The notes under the pieces were generated by a model. That model was not told where the DNA came from and did not search any database. It saw nothing but the letters and a program-made list of their open reading frames with translations. A stretch of 64,000 bases of DNA from IMG/VR virus record IMGVR_UViG_3300044630_002618, positions 1 to 64,000 of that record. The stretch is one strand, 5' to 3'. Positions 27,453-37,836 of the stretch are shown here, piece after piece. Position 1 is the stretch's first letter. Every line of letters starts with the position of its first letter. The position numbers and the translations under genes were made by a program. This DNA comes from a virus. Lineage: Duplodnaviria > Caudoviricetes.

Positions 27453-30151
27453 TATGCGTTCCTCATATTCCTTAATCGCATTTCGCGCTCAATAATCATT
27501 GTTACCTCACGAGCAATAATCTGTGCGTCAGCCTGCGGATTATCACTTCCGTTTACATTAATAACTGGGGCAATATTAAAAGTTGCACCAGTTGTTAAAG
27601 TAGAAACACTCATACCACTACCTCGTGATGAGGTGCGGAGGTCAGGGTCACCTGTATCACTAAATCCTGCATTTATAACTGCCTGACGAGCCGCCTCAGG
27701 GTTAGTGCTATATAAAGCGTCTTTACCCTTATATGGACCCCACGCATAGAAGTCTTTACCGCCAGACATTTGGAAGGCGGCTTTCATGTTTATCGCTGGG
27801 TCATATAATTCTTCATTACTAGAAAGACCAAATTGCTTAAGTCGTGATGGTCCAAGAGCGCCGATCATGTTGATCTGCATGAGGCCGTACGACAAATCTT
27901 TAGTAGAGGCATTAGGGTTATACGACCCCGCATTCCACCTACTCTCACGGTAAGCAATAGCCACTGCTTTAACTAGGTTTTCACCACGGAAACCAGCGTT
28001 GTATGCATATCGTGCTACATCTTCACCAGTTAGTTGACCACCAGACTTAGTAGGCATAGTGGATGAACCAACACCACCTCGGCGCCGCGGGCTACCTTTT
28101 CCACCACTTAAACCAGTAGAACCAAGAAATCCACTTGCTCGGAACGCAGAGATAGCATCAGCCATGCTCATACCCGCAAAAGATGCAGTAGTTACGCCTG
28201 CGTTAGTGGTACCACCACCTCCGTAAGCATCATCAGTGTGTTCAGTTCTTCCAGATGAGACACCTCCTGATGACATTGGCTCACCACCCCAAGGGCGGCC
28301 CTGCTTTTCGTATTCAGTACGACCATTAGGAAGTTCCGATGGCTGGACATGCCAAGGCTCCCCCATACTTTCAAAGTGCTTCAAACCAAAGCGGGCGGCA
28401 TTAGCGGTAACCCAACTCATGTCACCAGTTAAGTCAGCCGCAAGACCAATTTCGTGCATTGAGCGACCAGGAGGAGCGGCTTGAGCACCACTCACATGCT
28501 CCCAGTAAGAGCCATCCCATTCCCAGTTCTTTTTACCTTCAGCATCCACAGGGCTAGAGGTCTTACGATAACGCGAGCGGAACATAGTTTCTTGGGCGGC
28601 TTTACTACGGTAACCTGTACCCAATCCAACTTTTCCACCAGATGCGGCAATTAGTTGATCCACACGCTGTTGCATGGTGGGGTGCATTTTCCCTGTGACA
28701 CCTGATGTATTTGGATCACCAGTTTTACCCATTGAGGGTAGATTACGACCAGGACCTGGGTCACCAGCAGGACCATCCATAGCACCACCGAATGCAGTTG
28801 CAAGACCACCAAGTATCATTAATGGCACACCAACAGCGGCGCCAACACCAGTGGTAGAAATAGCCGCACCAGCCATCATTGCGGCTGGACCTAATGCCTT
28901 AAGTACACCACCAGTCGCCTTTCGCTGAGGCTTGGTTTCAATAGCCTTACCAACAATTCCTGAAAGCCTATCCTCAAGGTCCCCAAATGCCCGTTCAAGG
29001 CTTTGAGTTGTCTTTTCAAGTTTGGCAAAGTTGTCCTGTTGACGACCATAGAAATCTTCTTCGCGCCCAGTTTTGACGCGCGTGGTTTCTTCAATCTGTG
29101 TAGCGAAGTTGTCTTCAATACCTACAAACTCCCTCTGAGACTTGCTAGAAGGGTCATACATACCCTTGCCACCCTTAGCAGCATACTGCTGGTTTGCCAT
29201 TGCATATTGGATAACTATGTCTTGAGTGGCAGAGTCAATACCCATATCTGCTAAGCGGGAACGCGTATTACTACCTTGCTGTAAGGCACCGCCAGGGTTT
29301 CTGAGATTAGTTAAACCTGATGCTCGCGCTAGGTTTTGGATAACTTCAGTACCACTACGCTGACCACCCCCAGGCATATATAGACTTTGACCAGTCATCA
29401 TGAACATGCGGTTAGTAGTTTGGGCGCTACCTAAACTAGTAAGCATATTAGTAACACCCTCAGCACCGAGGCTGTATCCCGATAGAGCATTTAAGCCCTC
29501 AACAGTGGATGCATTACCAAGAGCACTAATACCAGTAGATGCCTGCATTCCCATTAGGGCATTAATACCGTTAGTACCGAGGCGGTAGTTAGTTAATGGT
29601 TGGCGGTAAGCATTACGGACACCAGCATTACTGAGACCAGTAATTTGTTGATACATAACTGACATCTTGTCGGCTGATGATGAATATTCATAACCTCGCG
29701 CAATACGCGAATCCATTGCCGCAACACCAGCACCAACCACATTACCAATAGCCATTGCCGCACTCGTGAATGCTCCACCACGACTTTGTTGCATTATCTC
29801 CATTGCAGACATGCGGCGATTACCACCACTTGCGGCTGGATCAAGACTGTAGTTAGTGTTACTACTAGTGGTGGATGCTGGACCACTATTAACTAGTACT
29901 GGATGACCTTGGCTACCCTGAGCAACACCAGTGGTGACACCCCCAATAGCGCCAACATTAATCCCCTTTAGAGCGGCGGCGGCTTTAGTTCCTTTGGCAG
30001 TAATGGCATCTAATGATCTAGCAACACCAGCAAGAGCAACCGACAATGAAGTTGCCTCCCGTGTCATCTTTGCAAGACGACTTCCTCCGCCAGTGATTGG
30101 GGTAGGGGTAGCGCCATTTCCTGCTATGTTTGGTTCATTTGGCGGTGCCAT
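27452..30151 (-). CDS. Tape measure protein with M15 peptidase and lytic transglycosylase domains
   Basis: Ala/Gly-rich helical N-half; SMHEIGLAAD...EPWH; RESRWN...SYGLMQIN. Confidence 0.88.
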   Translation of the reverse strand: MAPPNEPNIAGNGATPTPITGGGSRLAKMTREATSLSVALAGVARSLDAITAKGTKAAAALKGINVGAIGGVTTGVAQGSQGHPVLVNSGPASTTSSNTNYSLDPAASGGNRRMSAMEIMQQSRGGAFTSAAMAIGNVVGAGVAAMDSRIARGYEYSSSADKMSVMYQQITGLSNAGVRNAYRQPLTNYRLGTNGINALMGMQASTGISALGNASTVEGLNALSGYSLGAEGVTNMLTSLGSAQTTNRMFMMTGQSLYMPGGGQRSGTEVIQNLARASGLTNLRNPGGALQQGSNTRSRLADMGIDSATQDIVIQYAMANQQYAAKGGKGMYDPSSKSQREFVGIEDNFATQIEETTRVKTGREEDFYGRQQDNFAKLEKTTQSLERAFGDLEDRLSGIVGKAIETKPQRKATGGVLKALGPAAMMAGAAISTTGVGAAVGVPLMILGGLATAFGGAMDGPAGDPGPGRNLPSMGKTGDPNTSGVTGKMHPTMQQRVDQLIAASGGKVGLGTGYRSKAAQETMFRSRYRKTSSPVDAEGKKNWEWDGSYWEHVSGAQAAPPGRSMHEIGLAADLTGDMSWVTANAARFGLKHFESMGEPWHVQPSELPNGRTEYEKQGRPWGGEPMSSGGVSSGRTEHTDDAYGGGGTTNAGVTTASFAGMSMADAISAFRASGFLGSTGLSGGKGSPRRRGGVGSSTMPTKSGGQLTGEDVARYAYNAGFRGENLVKAVAIAYRESRWNAGSYNPNASTKDLSYGLMQINMIGALGPSRLKQFGLSSNEELYDPAINMKAAFQMSGGKDFYAWGPYKGKDALYSTNPEAARQAVINAGFSDTGDPDLRTSSRGSGMSVSTLTTGATFNIAPVINVNGSDNPQADAQIIAREVTMIIEREMRLRNMRNA

Positions 30152-30153
30152 GA

Positions 30154-30306
30154 CTACCCTCCATTACTTTGCCACCGTGCTAACTTTCCCCAGAACAGCC
30201 GTTCTCTGACGGGCATGTTCTTTACCTCATTTAAAGAAAATCCTTTGTAGACAGTGGCTATGGAGTTGTATTCCCAGTATATATTATCAATATTAACCGA
30301 ATAAAA
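30154..30306 (-). CDS. Downstream frame of tail assembly chaperone (GT-like), probably reached by frameshift
   Basis: +1 frame reads FYSVNIDNIYWEYNSIATVYKGFSLNEVKNMPVRERLFWGKLARWQSNGG*; fills the gap before the TMP. Confidence 0.7.
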   Translation of the reverse strand, partial: FYSVNIDNIYWEYNSIATVYKGFSLNEVKNMPVRERLFWGKLARWQSNGG

Positions 30307-31066
30307 GTGAGACCCAGTCAAACATCAATGTAATCTCCTCATTACAGTGTCCGCACGGGGCATTCACCTCCCGAGGACTCGGGCCTACTTTGGCGTTGAA
30401 TACTGCACTGATAATGGTAGAACGATCTGCAATGCTTAGATTTCGTGCCCATTGTTCTTTATTAGTAACATCAATCTGAGCGCAACGGGCGATCATCATG
30501 GTGTTTTGTTGCGCTGTATTTTTACCTGAACGACCAATCTTGGCGCTGTCATCTGAGTTGGGGTGATTCAAGTTAAGTGTTGAACCATCCCTGAGGATAA
30601 CTTTGATTTGCTTGCGGACTGACTCTTGATCTCCCTCAATTGGGAAGTCAGAGTTCAGGTCAATAAGTAAATCGTTTGATTGATTGCAATGTGGGCACGA
30701 AACTTTGAATTCTCGCGTTTCGCCGTATGTAGCGCGAATAACTGCCAAGAATAGTAAGTCACGATCTCCAATAATCAACTCGTTAAGAACTACTGGAGTT
30801 TGCTTAATTGAGATATCACCAATTGATACAACAACGCGCTTCAACAAGGCAAGTACATACTCACCATAGTTAGAAGTTGTTCGGGCTTCCATGCTGGAAA
30901 GGAATTCTTCATCCTCACCAGTCATCTCCCGGACGATTGCATTTGTAACCCAATCACTTCCTATTTTAATTCCACGAATAAGTTCAACACCCGTATTGGG
31001 TGGCTTAGGCATGGTTGGCGCGCTCTCCATAGAGATAGCGTCAAAACTCTGGACATTTGTTGTCAT
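30293..31066 (-). CDS. Tail assembly chaperone / gp26-like hub assembly protein
   Basis: REMTGEDEE, GDRD.L.L.....TYG, CPHC, CGHC; between tube and TMP. Confidence 0.8.
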   Translation of the reverse strand: MTTNVQSFDAISMESAPTMPKPPNTGVELIRGIKIGSDWVTNAIVREMTGEDEEFLSSMEARTTSNYGEYVLALLKRVVVSIGDISIKQTPVVLNELIIGDRDLLFLAVIRATYGETREFKVSCPHCNQSNDLLIDLNSDFPIEGDQESVRKQIKVILRDGSTLNLNHPNSDDSAKIGRSGKNTAQQNTMMIARCAQIDVTNKEQWARNLSIADRSTIISAVFNAKVGPSPREVNAPCGHCNEEITLMFDWVSLLFG

Positions 31067-31118
31067 GTAATGCTCCTTGTTAGGTACTCATAATATACAC
31101 CCTAATGAGTGTTATGTA

Positions 31119-31769
31119 TCAGACTGCGACTGGGGTTGTGGTTGGGGTTGAAGTTGCGGGTTCGTTAGTTGGATTCCAGTTAATTTCAAAACCTTCATGG
31201 TTAACCGTCATCTGCTGGATCATGATTGAACTATTACCAGCGTTGAGGTCACCTAATGCATAGCCAGCGGGCCATGCATTATAGATTGTGAATTCAAGTT
31301 TCTTATTACCAGGAGAGATAACACGACCCAATGACCCTGGGTCCTGTGAATAACCCGCATTACCAGAACTATCTGCTGCTGCTGCTGTGAATGGGTGGTC
31401 ATAAACAGTAACAATAATGTTACAACGGTAATCATTACGGCTACCAGTACTACCAGCATCATCAGCAAGAGCACCTTGAGTCCAAGAATGCATGAATTGC
31501 TGCCAGCGCCACAATTGGTCTTGTCCTTCAAACACGCCACGACTGAAGGTAATGGGGTTAAAGTCTGACTGACCAATCATCTTGTGTGGATGGGTATTCA
31601 TACCACCTTCACGATAAGGGATCATTTCGTTAGTAACGCTTAGTCCAGTAACAACGGCAAAACCAAGATTACCAATGTTCGGGGTAGCATCTTCCAAAAT
31701 CCCCGTTGGGACAATCTTTACCGTGAACTTAAAGTCACGCAATGGATCGGTACGAGTTAATACTGCCAT
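31119..31769 (-). CDS. Tail tube protein (T4 gp19-like)
   Basis: DPLRDFKF, YREGG, ITFSRG, NAWP, HEG. Confidence 0.92.
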   Translation of the reverse strand: MAVLTRTDPLRDFKFTVKIVPTGILEDATPNIGNLGFAVVTGLSVTNEMIPYREGGMNTHPHKMIGQSDFNPITFSRGVFEGQDQLWRWQQFMHSWTQGALADDAGSTGSRNDYRCNIIVTVYDHPFTAAAADSSGNAGYSQDPGSLGRVISPGNKKLEFTIYNAWPAGYALGDLNAGNSSIMIQQMTVNHEGFEINWNPTNEPATSTPTTTPVAV

Positions 31770-31777
31770 GTTTCTCC

Positions 31778-33343
31778 TTAGATAGTTTCAATGGTGGTAC
31801 TTCCACCAAGCCATTGACTTACATTAATAACAATAAATTCCGCTGGGTACAACAACGATACACCAATTTGTACATTCACTTGTCCGTTACTAATAGATGT
31901 TGCTGTGTTGTTTGTGGAGTTACATACAACAAAGAATGCCTCGCTCGGGGTACGACCCTTAAGTCCACCCGATCCCCACAAATCAGCCAAAAACTTGTTA
32001 AGTTTTACAGTAATGCTTGACCACAAACGCGAATCGTTGGGTTCAAAGAGAGCAAACTGAGTGAGTTCTTTTGAACCGTTCTTAACATAGTTTAAAGTAC
32101 GACGAACAGGGATGTATTTGTCAGCCTTATTCAAGTTCAAAGTACGAGCACCTTGGATAATAATTCCAGCGCCAGGAACTGCCTTAAAAGTATTAACACC
32201 TGATTCGTACAACAATCCGACTGTTACTTCTGTGAACGGAGTAACAAGTCCGAGAGCATTACGAACCTCAAGGCTGTAACCTGCGGGAGCCTTAGCAACT
32301 GTGCGCTCTACCTCAGTACGAGCAAACATACCAGCAACTGCACCACCTGGGAATGTGTCACGGATTGCGCCAACACCAGTCTTAGTGGGATCGGTCATCT
32401 TCAACATTGGGTAATACACTGCGCCATAACCCTGATCAGAGTTATAGGTGTTAGCCACTGCTGAGATACCAACCTGCGTGGTAAGTGACGGGTCTGGGTC
32501 AATAATCACAAATGAATCACCGCGAGTAGCGGCAACTGCGAGTGCTGACTTGACAATTTCAGAACGGAATTGACCAACTGCGTTAATAATAAGAGGTTCA
32601 GGAATACTAATCAAATCATTAAAAGCCGTAGAGAATGGGGTGTCCCAATCTGCTGGTGCGGCTGATCCGACAGCGGCAGTACCAGCAGTACCACCAGTAA
32701 ATGCTTTATTTAAAGCAAATCCAGCAACGCTCGCTCCTGTGTAAGTAAACCCAGCGGATGCCGATGTCTGTGCGGCAAAATTAGTAAGATTTACATATGC
32801 AGAGTAGTTGTTAACAATAATTGGAGCATAACGGCTACTGTTTGGTGATGGACTGAGTTCATTCCATAATTCAACTTCTACACCATTTAGTTTAACCGAC
32901 AAGTTAAATGTTGGGAAGTTATTTGAAGCCACATCTAATGTGGTGGTGCCAGCAGTTGTGGTTAGCGTGATGTCATTACCAAAAGTACCTGGATCAAGCG
33001 CCGTGGCACTAAACAATGAGGCTGACGCAGTAGTGCTATTTGGCTGGTAGTACATAACTGAAGCAGCGGTGGCTTTGACTGCGTTAGCGTAAGTAACGCG
33101 AGATACATAACAACTACGACCACCATTGGCAAAGAATTGATATACGGCATAACCCAAATCATATAAGGTGTTAAGGTCACCAAATTGATTGGTATATGCG
33201 GACCATGAGGTAATCAGGGTTGGAGTAAGTGGTCCACGAGGGTTAATACCAACAAAAGCCGCAGTAGCGGTTCCGTTGTCTGCTCGTGCAATTGTCTTTA
33301 ACGGAGATTCTGTTACATAGACTCCGGGGCGGGTATAAGCCAT
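31778..33343 (-). CDS. Contractile tail sheath protein
   Basis: RPGVYV, FFANGG..CYV, KAPAG, GARTL, FEPND..LW, PAEFI. Confidence 0.95.
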   Translation of the reverse strand: MAYTRPGVYVTESPLKTIARADNGTATAAFVGINPRGPLTPTLITSWSAYTNQFGDLNTLYDLGYAVYQFFANGGRSCYVSRVTYANAVKATAASVMYYQPNSTTASASLFSATALDPGTFGNDITLTTTAGTTTLDVASNNFPTFNLSVKLNGVEVELWNELSPSPNSSRYAPIIVNNYSAYVNLTNFAAQTSASAGFTYTGASVAGFALNKAFTGGTAGTAAVGSAAPADWDTPFSTAFNDLISIPEPLIINAVGQFRSEIVKSALAVAATRGDSFVIIDPDPSLTTQVGISAVANTYNSDQGYGAVYYPMLKMTDPTKTGVGAIRDTFPGGAVAGMFARTEVERTVAKAPAGYSLEVRNALGLVTPFTEVTVGLLYESGVNTFKAVPGAGIIIQGARTLNLNKADKYIPVRRTLNYVKNGSKELTQFALFEPNDSRLWSSITVKLNKFLADLWGSGGLKGRTPSEAFFVVCNSTNNTATSISNGQVNVQIGVSLLYPAEFIVINVSQWLGGSTTIETI

Positions 33344-33365
33344 GAGTAATCCTCCAGTGGATTAT

Positions 33366-34046
33366 TTAATAGGTTTCGGTCAGGTTGGAGTTCGTATCAG
33401 AAATACTACTACTAATTGTGGCAACTCGCTTAGAGGCTACCATACTTGTAGTTGTCATTTCTGCGGACATTTTTAAAGTATACACTTTTCTAAATATCCT
33501 CTTTCGGTAGCCAGCCTCAGGGTCAAGGAGGTCGGCTGTAACCCAATCAAGGAGATCAAATCTGCGGATGGTTCCATCCTCAGGTACATCTATAAAGCCA
33601 TAACGCAAACGAGCGCGACTATGGAGCATTTGAGAACTAAGTTGGCGGTCATGCAATGCAGAGCGGGTGTAAGTAGACACCTGATATAGGATATCTACTG
33701 GTACAAATTCATTGGTGGCAACCATAGAAGCAGACGCAGCAAATTGTGTAAAATTATAGTGCTCGCTAGGCCAGTATTGAAGAGCGTTTGGCCCCGTATA
33801 TTGCAAAGAAGCGGCTCCGCTAGTGGAAGCATATAACTGTACTTCTGAATGCTGACGATCCAAGGCATGAACAATGTCAATCATTTCAATGGTAATAAAT
33901 GGGTAGGTTCGCTCTGTGTCACCCTCAGGGTAACGGAAGAACACCTGTACGGGTCGTGCGGCATTCTTATCATCTGTTACGGTCATACCCGAGAAACGGG
34001 CCTTTACAGCGGCATCTTCTGCTAAAAGGAATCCGGGGTTAGTCAT
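33366..34046 (-). CDS. Tail terminator / completion protein
   Basis: YPFITI, PVDILYQV; immediately upstream of sheath. Confidence 0.65.
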   Translation of the reverse strand: MTNPGFLLAEDAAVKARFSGMTVTDDKNAARPVQVFFRYPEGDTERTYPFITIEMIDIVHALDRQHSEVQLYASTSGAASLQYTGPNALQYWPSEHYNFTQFAASASMVATNEFVPVDILYQVSTYTRSALHDRQLSSQMLHSRARLRYGFIDVPEDGTIRRFDLLDWVTADLLDPEAGYRKRIFRKVYTLKMSAEMTTTSMVASKRVATISSSISDTNSNLTETY

Positions 34047-34453
34047 TACATAACCTCTTCTAGGGCATTGTCTAGGATTTTAGCCAGAATGTCTCCGCTA
34101 TTTGCCATTGAACGAACACGCCCACCAGCACCATTATTAGGACCACCATACTCAAGTTCCATGTACTTTTGCTCAATATCAGAGCCACCCTGTACGGAAT
34201 ATGAAAGTGATTGACCATCCGTAGAGAGTTCAACCGTGAGGTGGGAAGCAATATCAGCCCACTCGGGGTACATACTTAGATTAGAGCGCGCCTCTTTTTC
34301 GTACTTTTTAATACCGTCCATGACAGCCTTATTAAACTTATTGTTCTTACCATTAAAGAATTCAAACATCTGAACAATTGGATCATCATCAGAGATAGGT
34401 ATTAAAGAATCTCTATAAGCCATAGATTTGATGCCAAAGGTATAGAAAGACAT
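34046..34453 (-). CDS. Neck/tail-associated protein
   Basis: Start re-called at ATG 34453 (AAAGGAGGT RBS); LEYG motif. Confidence 0.6.
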   Translation of the reverse strand: MSFYTFGIKSMAYRDSLIPISDDDPIVQMFEFFNGKNNKFNKAVMDGIKKYEKEARSNLSMYPEWADIASHLTVELSTDGQSLSYSVQGGSDIEQKYMELEYGGPNNGAGGRVRSMANSGDILAKILDNALEEVM

Positions 34454-34516
34454 AACTACCTCCTTTGAGAATCTAGGCAATGTGCATTGAAGACGCGCAT
34501 CTCCAATACATGTATT

Positions 34517-35056
34517 TTATCCTAAATTTGCTATTGATGTGGGCCAAGGAAGGTCAGAAATTGAATAAGCCGCGGGACCAGGATCATTAACCATTTCCTG
34601 AGAGATGTAGGTCTCAATACCCTCAACAACGAGCATGACATCATCTCGGGCGCGACCACGGACTCGGTAGGACACCACGCTGAAATAGCGCCCGTCATAC
34701 TGGAACATGTCGTTAAGGCGGTTTTGATATTCCCAAGGGGCAGAAATACCAGCGGCTCGGAAGTCATCAATAGATGCCACAAAGTTAGTTAATTGAGTGG
34801 GTTGACGACCCTCAGGAATAGCGCGCTTCTGATCCTCAGATTCCGTAATCATCAAGACAGGAACGACTACACCAGTCTTGTAGCGACGACCGCCATTACC
34901 ATAGGTACCTTCGTCGTAAACATCATCGTAGAGGCTGGATGCTGAGGCGCTAGTGCCCAGTGGTACAAACTCATACCATACGATGGCTTCGCCAGCCTGA
35001 GAATGATATGAGCGGTAATGCTTCCTGATAACGGATAACTCTCTGCGGACATCCAT
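34517..35056 (-). CDS. Head closure / head-tail joining protein
   Basis: Position in neck block; YDGRYFSV beta pattern. Confidence 0.6.
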   Translation of the reverse strand: MDVRRELSVIRKHYRSYHSQAGEAIVWYEFVPLGTSASASSLYDDVYDEGTYGNGGRRYKTGVVVPVLMITESEDQKRAIPEGRQPTQLTNFVASIDDFRAAGISAPWEYQNRLNDMFQYDGRYFSVVSYRVRGRARDDVMLVVEGIETYISQEMVNDPGPAAYSISDLPWPTSIANLG

Positions 35057-35061
35057 GGCTA

Positions 35062-35862
35062 TCAGTAATACGCGATGTTAGAGAATGATCCAGTAGGAAT
35101 TGCGCCGTCAATAAGAACATCCGTACGGAGGTCCTCTTCCTTAGTCTCAGTTTCCACAATACCTGCATCAATGGTGGGCCATAGGCGTTCAGGCATTGTG
35201 TAATCACCAAGTTCGCGCGGGCGGTACAAGGGAACAAGGTAGTTCGTGGTACGCGAGTTACGGCGAAGGGTGAACACTTCAATACGGTCAAAGCCGATAT
35301 TAAGAGCGGCGGCATGTCGCTTGTATTCGCCTTCCCACTGCGCCAGTAATGCTTGCACCATACGGAAACGCTGGCTGGCTGGGATGTGGATTGATTCTGA
35401 GGTCATAACATCAATGTCACGACTGAACTCAGTCATTAGCGCCCAAAGTGCTTCGCAGATCGTGGCAATGCCGATGGCGTTAATAACAACATCAGACATT
35501 TCTTCAAGTTTATATTTTAGGTTAACCGTGTGTTTTTCAACGGCGCGCTGGGCGTAAAAAGAAAGATCATCTGGGGTAACCCATTCATAATAGTAACCCT
35601 CAACTAACAATGTGGTGCTTGACGACAGGGTGTTAGACAGACGAACAACACCATTACGGGAGTCAATCGTGTATTCGCTGGGAGCCAATGTTGAGGCTGA
35701 TCCTGAGCCTGAGTACTTGGCAACCCAAATAGTGCTGGTGTCAATGTTGATATGACCCAACTCATATGTACGCCCTACTACGGGAAAAGATACCTGAAAG
35801 AACTTCGGGAAATCTCGTAGATAGGTTCTTGCAATTGTTTCAACATCTGTGATGGTTGCCAT
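35062..35862 (-). CDS. Neck / head-tail adaptor protein
   Basis: YTID..NGVV, IPASQRFR; position after capsid genes. Confidence 0.6.
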   Translation of the reverse strand: MATITDVETIARTYLRDFPKFFQVSFPVVGRTYELGHINIDTSTIWVAKYSGSGSASTLAPSEYTIDSRNGVVRLSNTLSSSTTLLVEGYYYEWVTPDDLSFYAQRAVEKHTVNLKYKLEEMSDVVINAIGIATICEALWALMTEFSRDIDVMTSESIHIPASQRFRMVQALLAQWEGEYKRHAAALNIGFDRIEVFTLRRNSRTTNYLVPLYRPRELGDYTMPERLWPTIDAGIVETETKEEDLRTDVLIDGAIPTGSFSNIAYY

Positions 35863-35876
35863 GAACACCTATCTTA

Positions 35877-36032
35877 CTATTGATCGCCGGAACCTGCTCC
35901 CGGAATTGAGTCTTGGGCGGCCTGATTAACGCCAGGTTGGGTATCACGCAGTCGGTGGACCATAAAACCGCGCTTCAGAATGATCTGCTCCGCGGCAACA
36001 TTTTCAATTGGTTCAATAGGCGTATCACTCAT
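35877..36032 (-). CDS. Small hypothetical protein (51 aa)
   Basis: Not in ORF track; MSDTPIEPIENV...; ATGA coupling. Confidence 0.6.
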   Translation of the reverse strand: MSDTPIEPIENVAAEQIILKRGFMVHRLRDTQPGVNQAAQDSIPGAGSGDQ

Positions 36033-37474
36033 GTGTGGCGAATAAACCAGCGAACGCGAATGCTTTTAGAAAGGATACTGAATGCACTAGTAGAACCATT
36101 AGGGGCCGTAGTACCTGCAACAGTACCCACATCAATAGTAGTAGTTGTACTACCAACAGGAACAGTAATATTAACTGATGTTGGTAGTGTAACTGTGGGG
36201 GTGCCACCAGAACTAGTAGTGCCAGTTGTAATGTCCGTAGGTGAATCTGATGTAAGAACCATTCCAGTACCACCGTAATTACCAGGATAATAATCCGCTT
36301 CATAGTGGGGTGTATTTAGCGGAATTGATGATCTGATAGCAAAATACTTAGTACCACCTGGTACACCACCATAGGTATAGTGAGCATGTCCAGTACCAGA
36401 CATACTCCCAGTTAAAGAGTAGTTAGTTGCAGGGTTACCAGTAATATTACCAAAACTCGTTGTTCCAGATTTGTTACCAACAACGGTGCTGTATGTATGG
36501 TCGTGGGCGGGAAGTTTAGCGAGGTCTAGGGTAGCCGTATTTGCTGAACTGGCTACCTTACCGTTAGTACTGATTTCTGCTGAGGTTGCCCCAACTACAC
36601 CAGTTTCACCAGTTAAGTTTGGTAAGTAAAAAGTATCTCCACTAGTTGGGAATAAACCAGTAGATGGATTAGGAAAAGAATAACCAATAGCATTAAATAA
36701 TGATAGATATTTATTAGATTCGCCACTCTTAGATAATCCCTGACCGTTACACTCAAGATAAAAAGCGGCGTTTGGGGAGGCGGTGGTGTTATGCGTACCA
36801 GCAAAGGCAAAAATGCCACCAATGGGAATCTTTGCTCCTTCAACATCAACCGTTGTTGACAATGCCGACCAGCCACCCGAGGTCGTTCTAACATAAGTAA
36901 CGCCACCAGAGATAACAGTATCTCCAATGACATCCTTAGCATTAGTTGTAGGAGCAGACGCAGATGCATAGGTAACGGGCGCTGAGTTTATGATGCGCTT
37001 GTCCACAATATTTGCGTCAGTTAAGGAACCCGATGGGATACGATATACAGTCGCAATCAGAGCATCAGTACTTGGGTAATAATTAGAACCAACTAAAGGA
37101 CTAGTTCCACTAGCAAGAGTGTTAGTACTCTGTGGGAGCGTAGGGTTAGTATCGTTCTCAACGCCCGCTACCACCGTAAGTGCGGCGGTACTTCCTGCTA
37201 GACGAACCACAACAAGGTCAAACCGTGTCTGAGTGGCTTGGGTGGAGAGAAAATTGTCCGCCGCAAAAGAGTAGGGCACTCCATTAATAATGGCTACACC
37301 AGCGGCAACATTTACTGTGTTGCCATCTGCAACCGTAACCCCACCGCCACTACGGATATAGTTCAGAGTGTTCCCAAGTGCTTCAAAGTCAACCGAGTCG
37401 GGTTCGGCTTGGTTAATGTTTGAATACTTGTTAGAAGACCCTGTCGCAGTAGCGTTGGGGACGATCAGTGCCAT
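36029..37474 (-). CDS. Fibre protein with tail-collar domain
   Basis: PIGGIFAFAG...LECNGQ...YLSLFNAIG...TFYLPNL collar signature. Confidence 0.8.
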   Translation of the reverse strand: MALIVPNATATGSSNKYSNINQAEPDSVDFEALGNTLNYIRSGGGVTVADGNTVNVAAGVAIINGVPYSFAADNFLSTQATQTRFDLVVVRLAGSTAALTVVAGVENDTNPTLPQSTNTLASGTSPLVGSNYYPSTDALIATVYRIPSGSLTDANIVDKRIINSAPVTYASASAPTTNAKDVIGDTVISGGVTYVRTTSGGWSALSTTVDVEGAKIPIGGIFAFAGTHNTTASPNAAFYLECNGQGLSKSGESNKYLSLFNAIGYSFPNPSTGLFPTSGDTFYLPNLTGETGVVGATSAEISTNGKVASSANTATLDLAKLPAHDHTYSTVVGNKSGTTSFGNITGNPATNYSLTGSMSGTGHAHYTYGGVPGGTKYFAIRSSIPLNTPHYEADYYPGNYGGTGMVLTSDSPTDITTGTTSSGGTPTVTLPTSVNITVPVGSTTTTIDVGTVAGTTAPNGSTSAFSILSKSIRVRWFIRHT

Positions 37475-37482
37475 TAGTTACC

Positions 37483-37752
37483 TCAAACGGTGTCGTAGAT
37501 GTTGGAGTGACGAACGAGGTAGTCGTACAAGTCACGGGGGAGTTTGTAGCGCTTACCATCTACAAAATCAAAAGTAGTGCGACCCCAATACATCTTCCAT
37601 GTTCCCTTAACGCGGGCAACAACGAAGTTGTCATCAGAGTTACTTGCAGTGGCTGGTGCTACTGCCTTAGGTGTTTGTTCCAAGACTTCCACTGCTTCAT
37701 CAATGTCATCTTGTTGTTCTGCAAAAGCCATCGTATTTTTACGCGATGTCAT
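37483..37752 (-). CDS. Small capsid-associated hypothetical protein
   Basis: AGGAG RBS; directly after the major capsid gene. Confidence 0.7.
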   Translation of the reverse strand: MTSRKNTMAFAEQQDDIDEAVEVLEQTPKAVAPATASNSDDNFVVARVKGTWKMYWGRTTFDFVDGKRYKLPRDLYDYLVRHSNIYDTV

Positions 37753-37789
37753 GGGTTTCTCCTATTGTTTGTTTTATGAAATTATTAAT

Positions 37790-37811
37790 GGTGGGGGATT
37801 TCTCCCCCACC
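37790..37811 (-). terminator. Hairpin after the major capsid gene (probable terminator)
   Basis: GGTGGGGGA-TTTC-TCCCCCACC; AT-rich but weak U tract. Confidence 0.6.
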
Positions 37812-37836
37812 ACCAACATTAGTTTGATTCTAAGAA

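Noticed and set aside
19846-34046. Bacterial extracellular contractile injection system or tailocin
   Set aside because: Contiguous with capsid, portal, terminase and replication genes, so this is a phage tail
34483-34510. Hairpin in a gene leader as a riboswitch
   Set aside because: A single stem just after a -10-like box; no recognisable aptamer features
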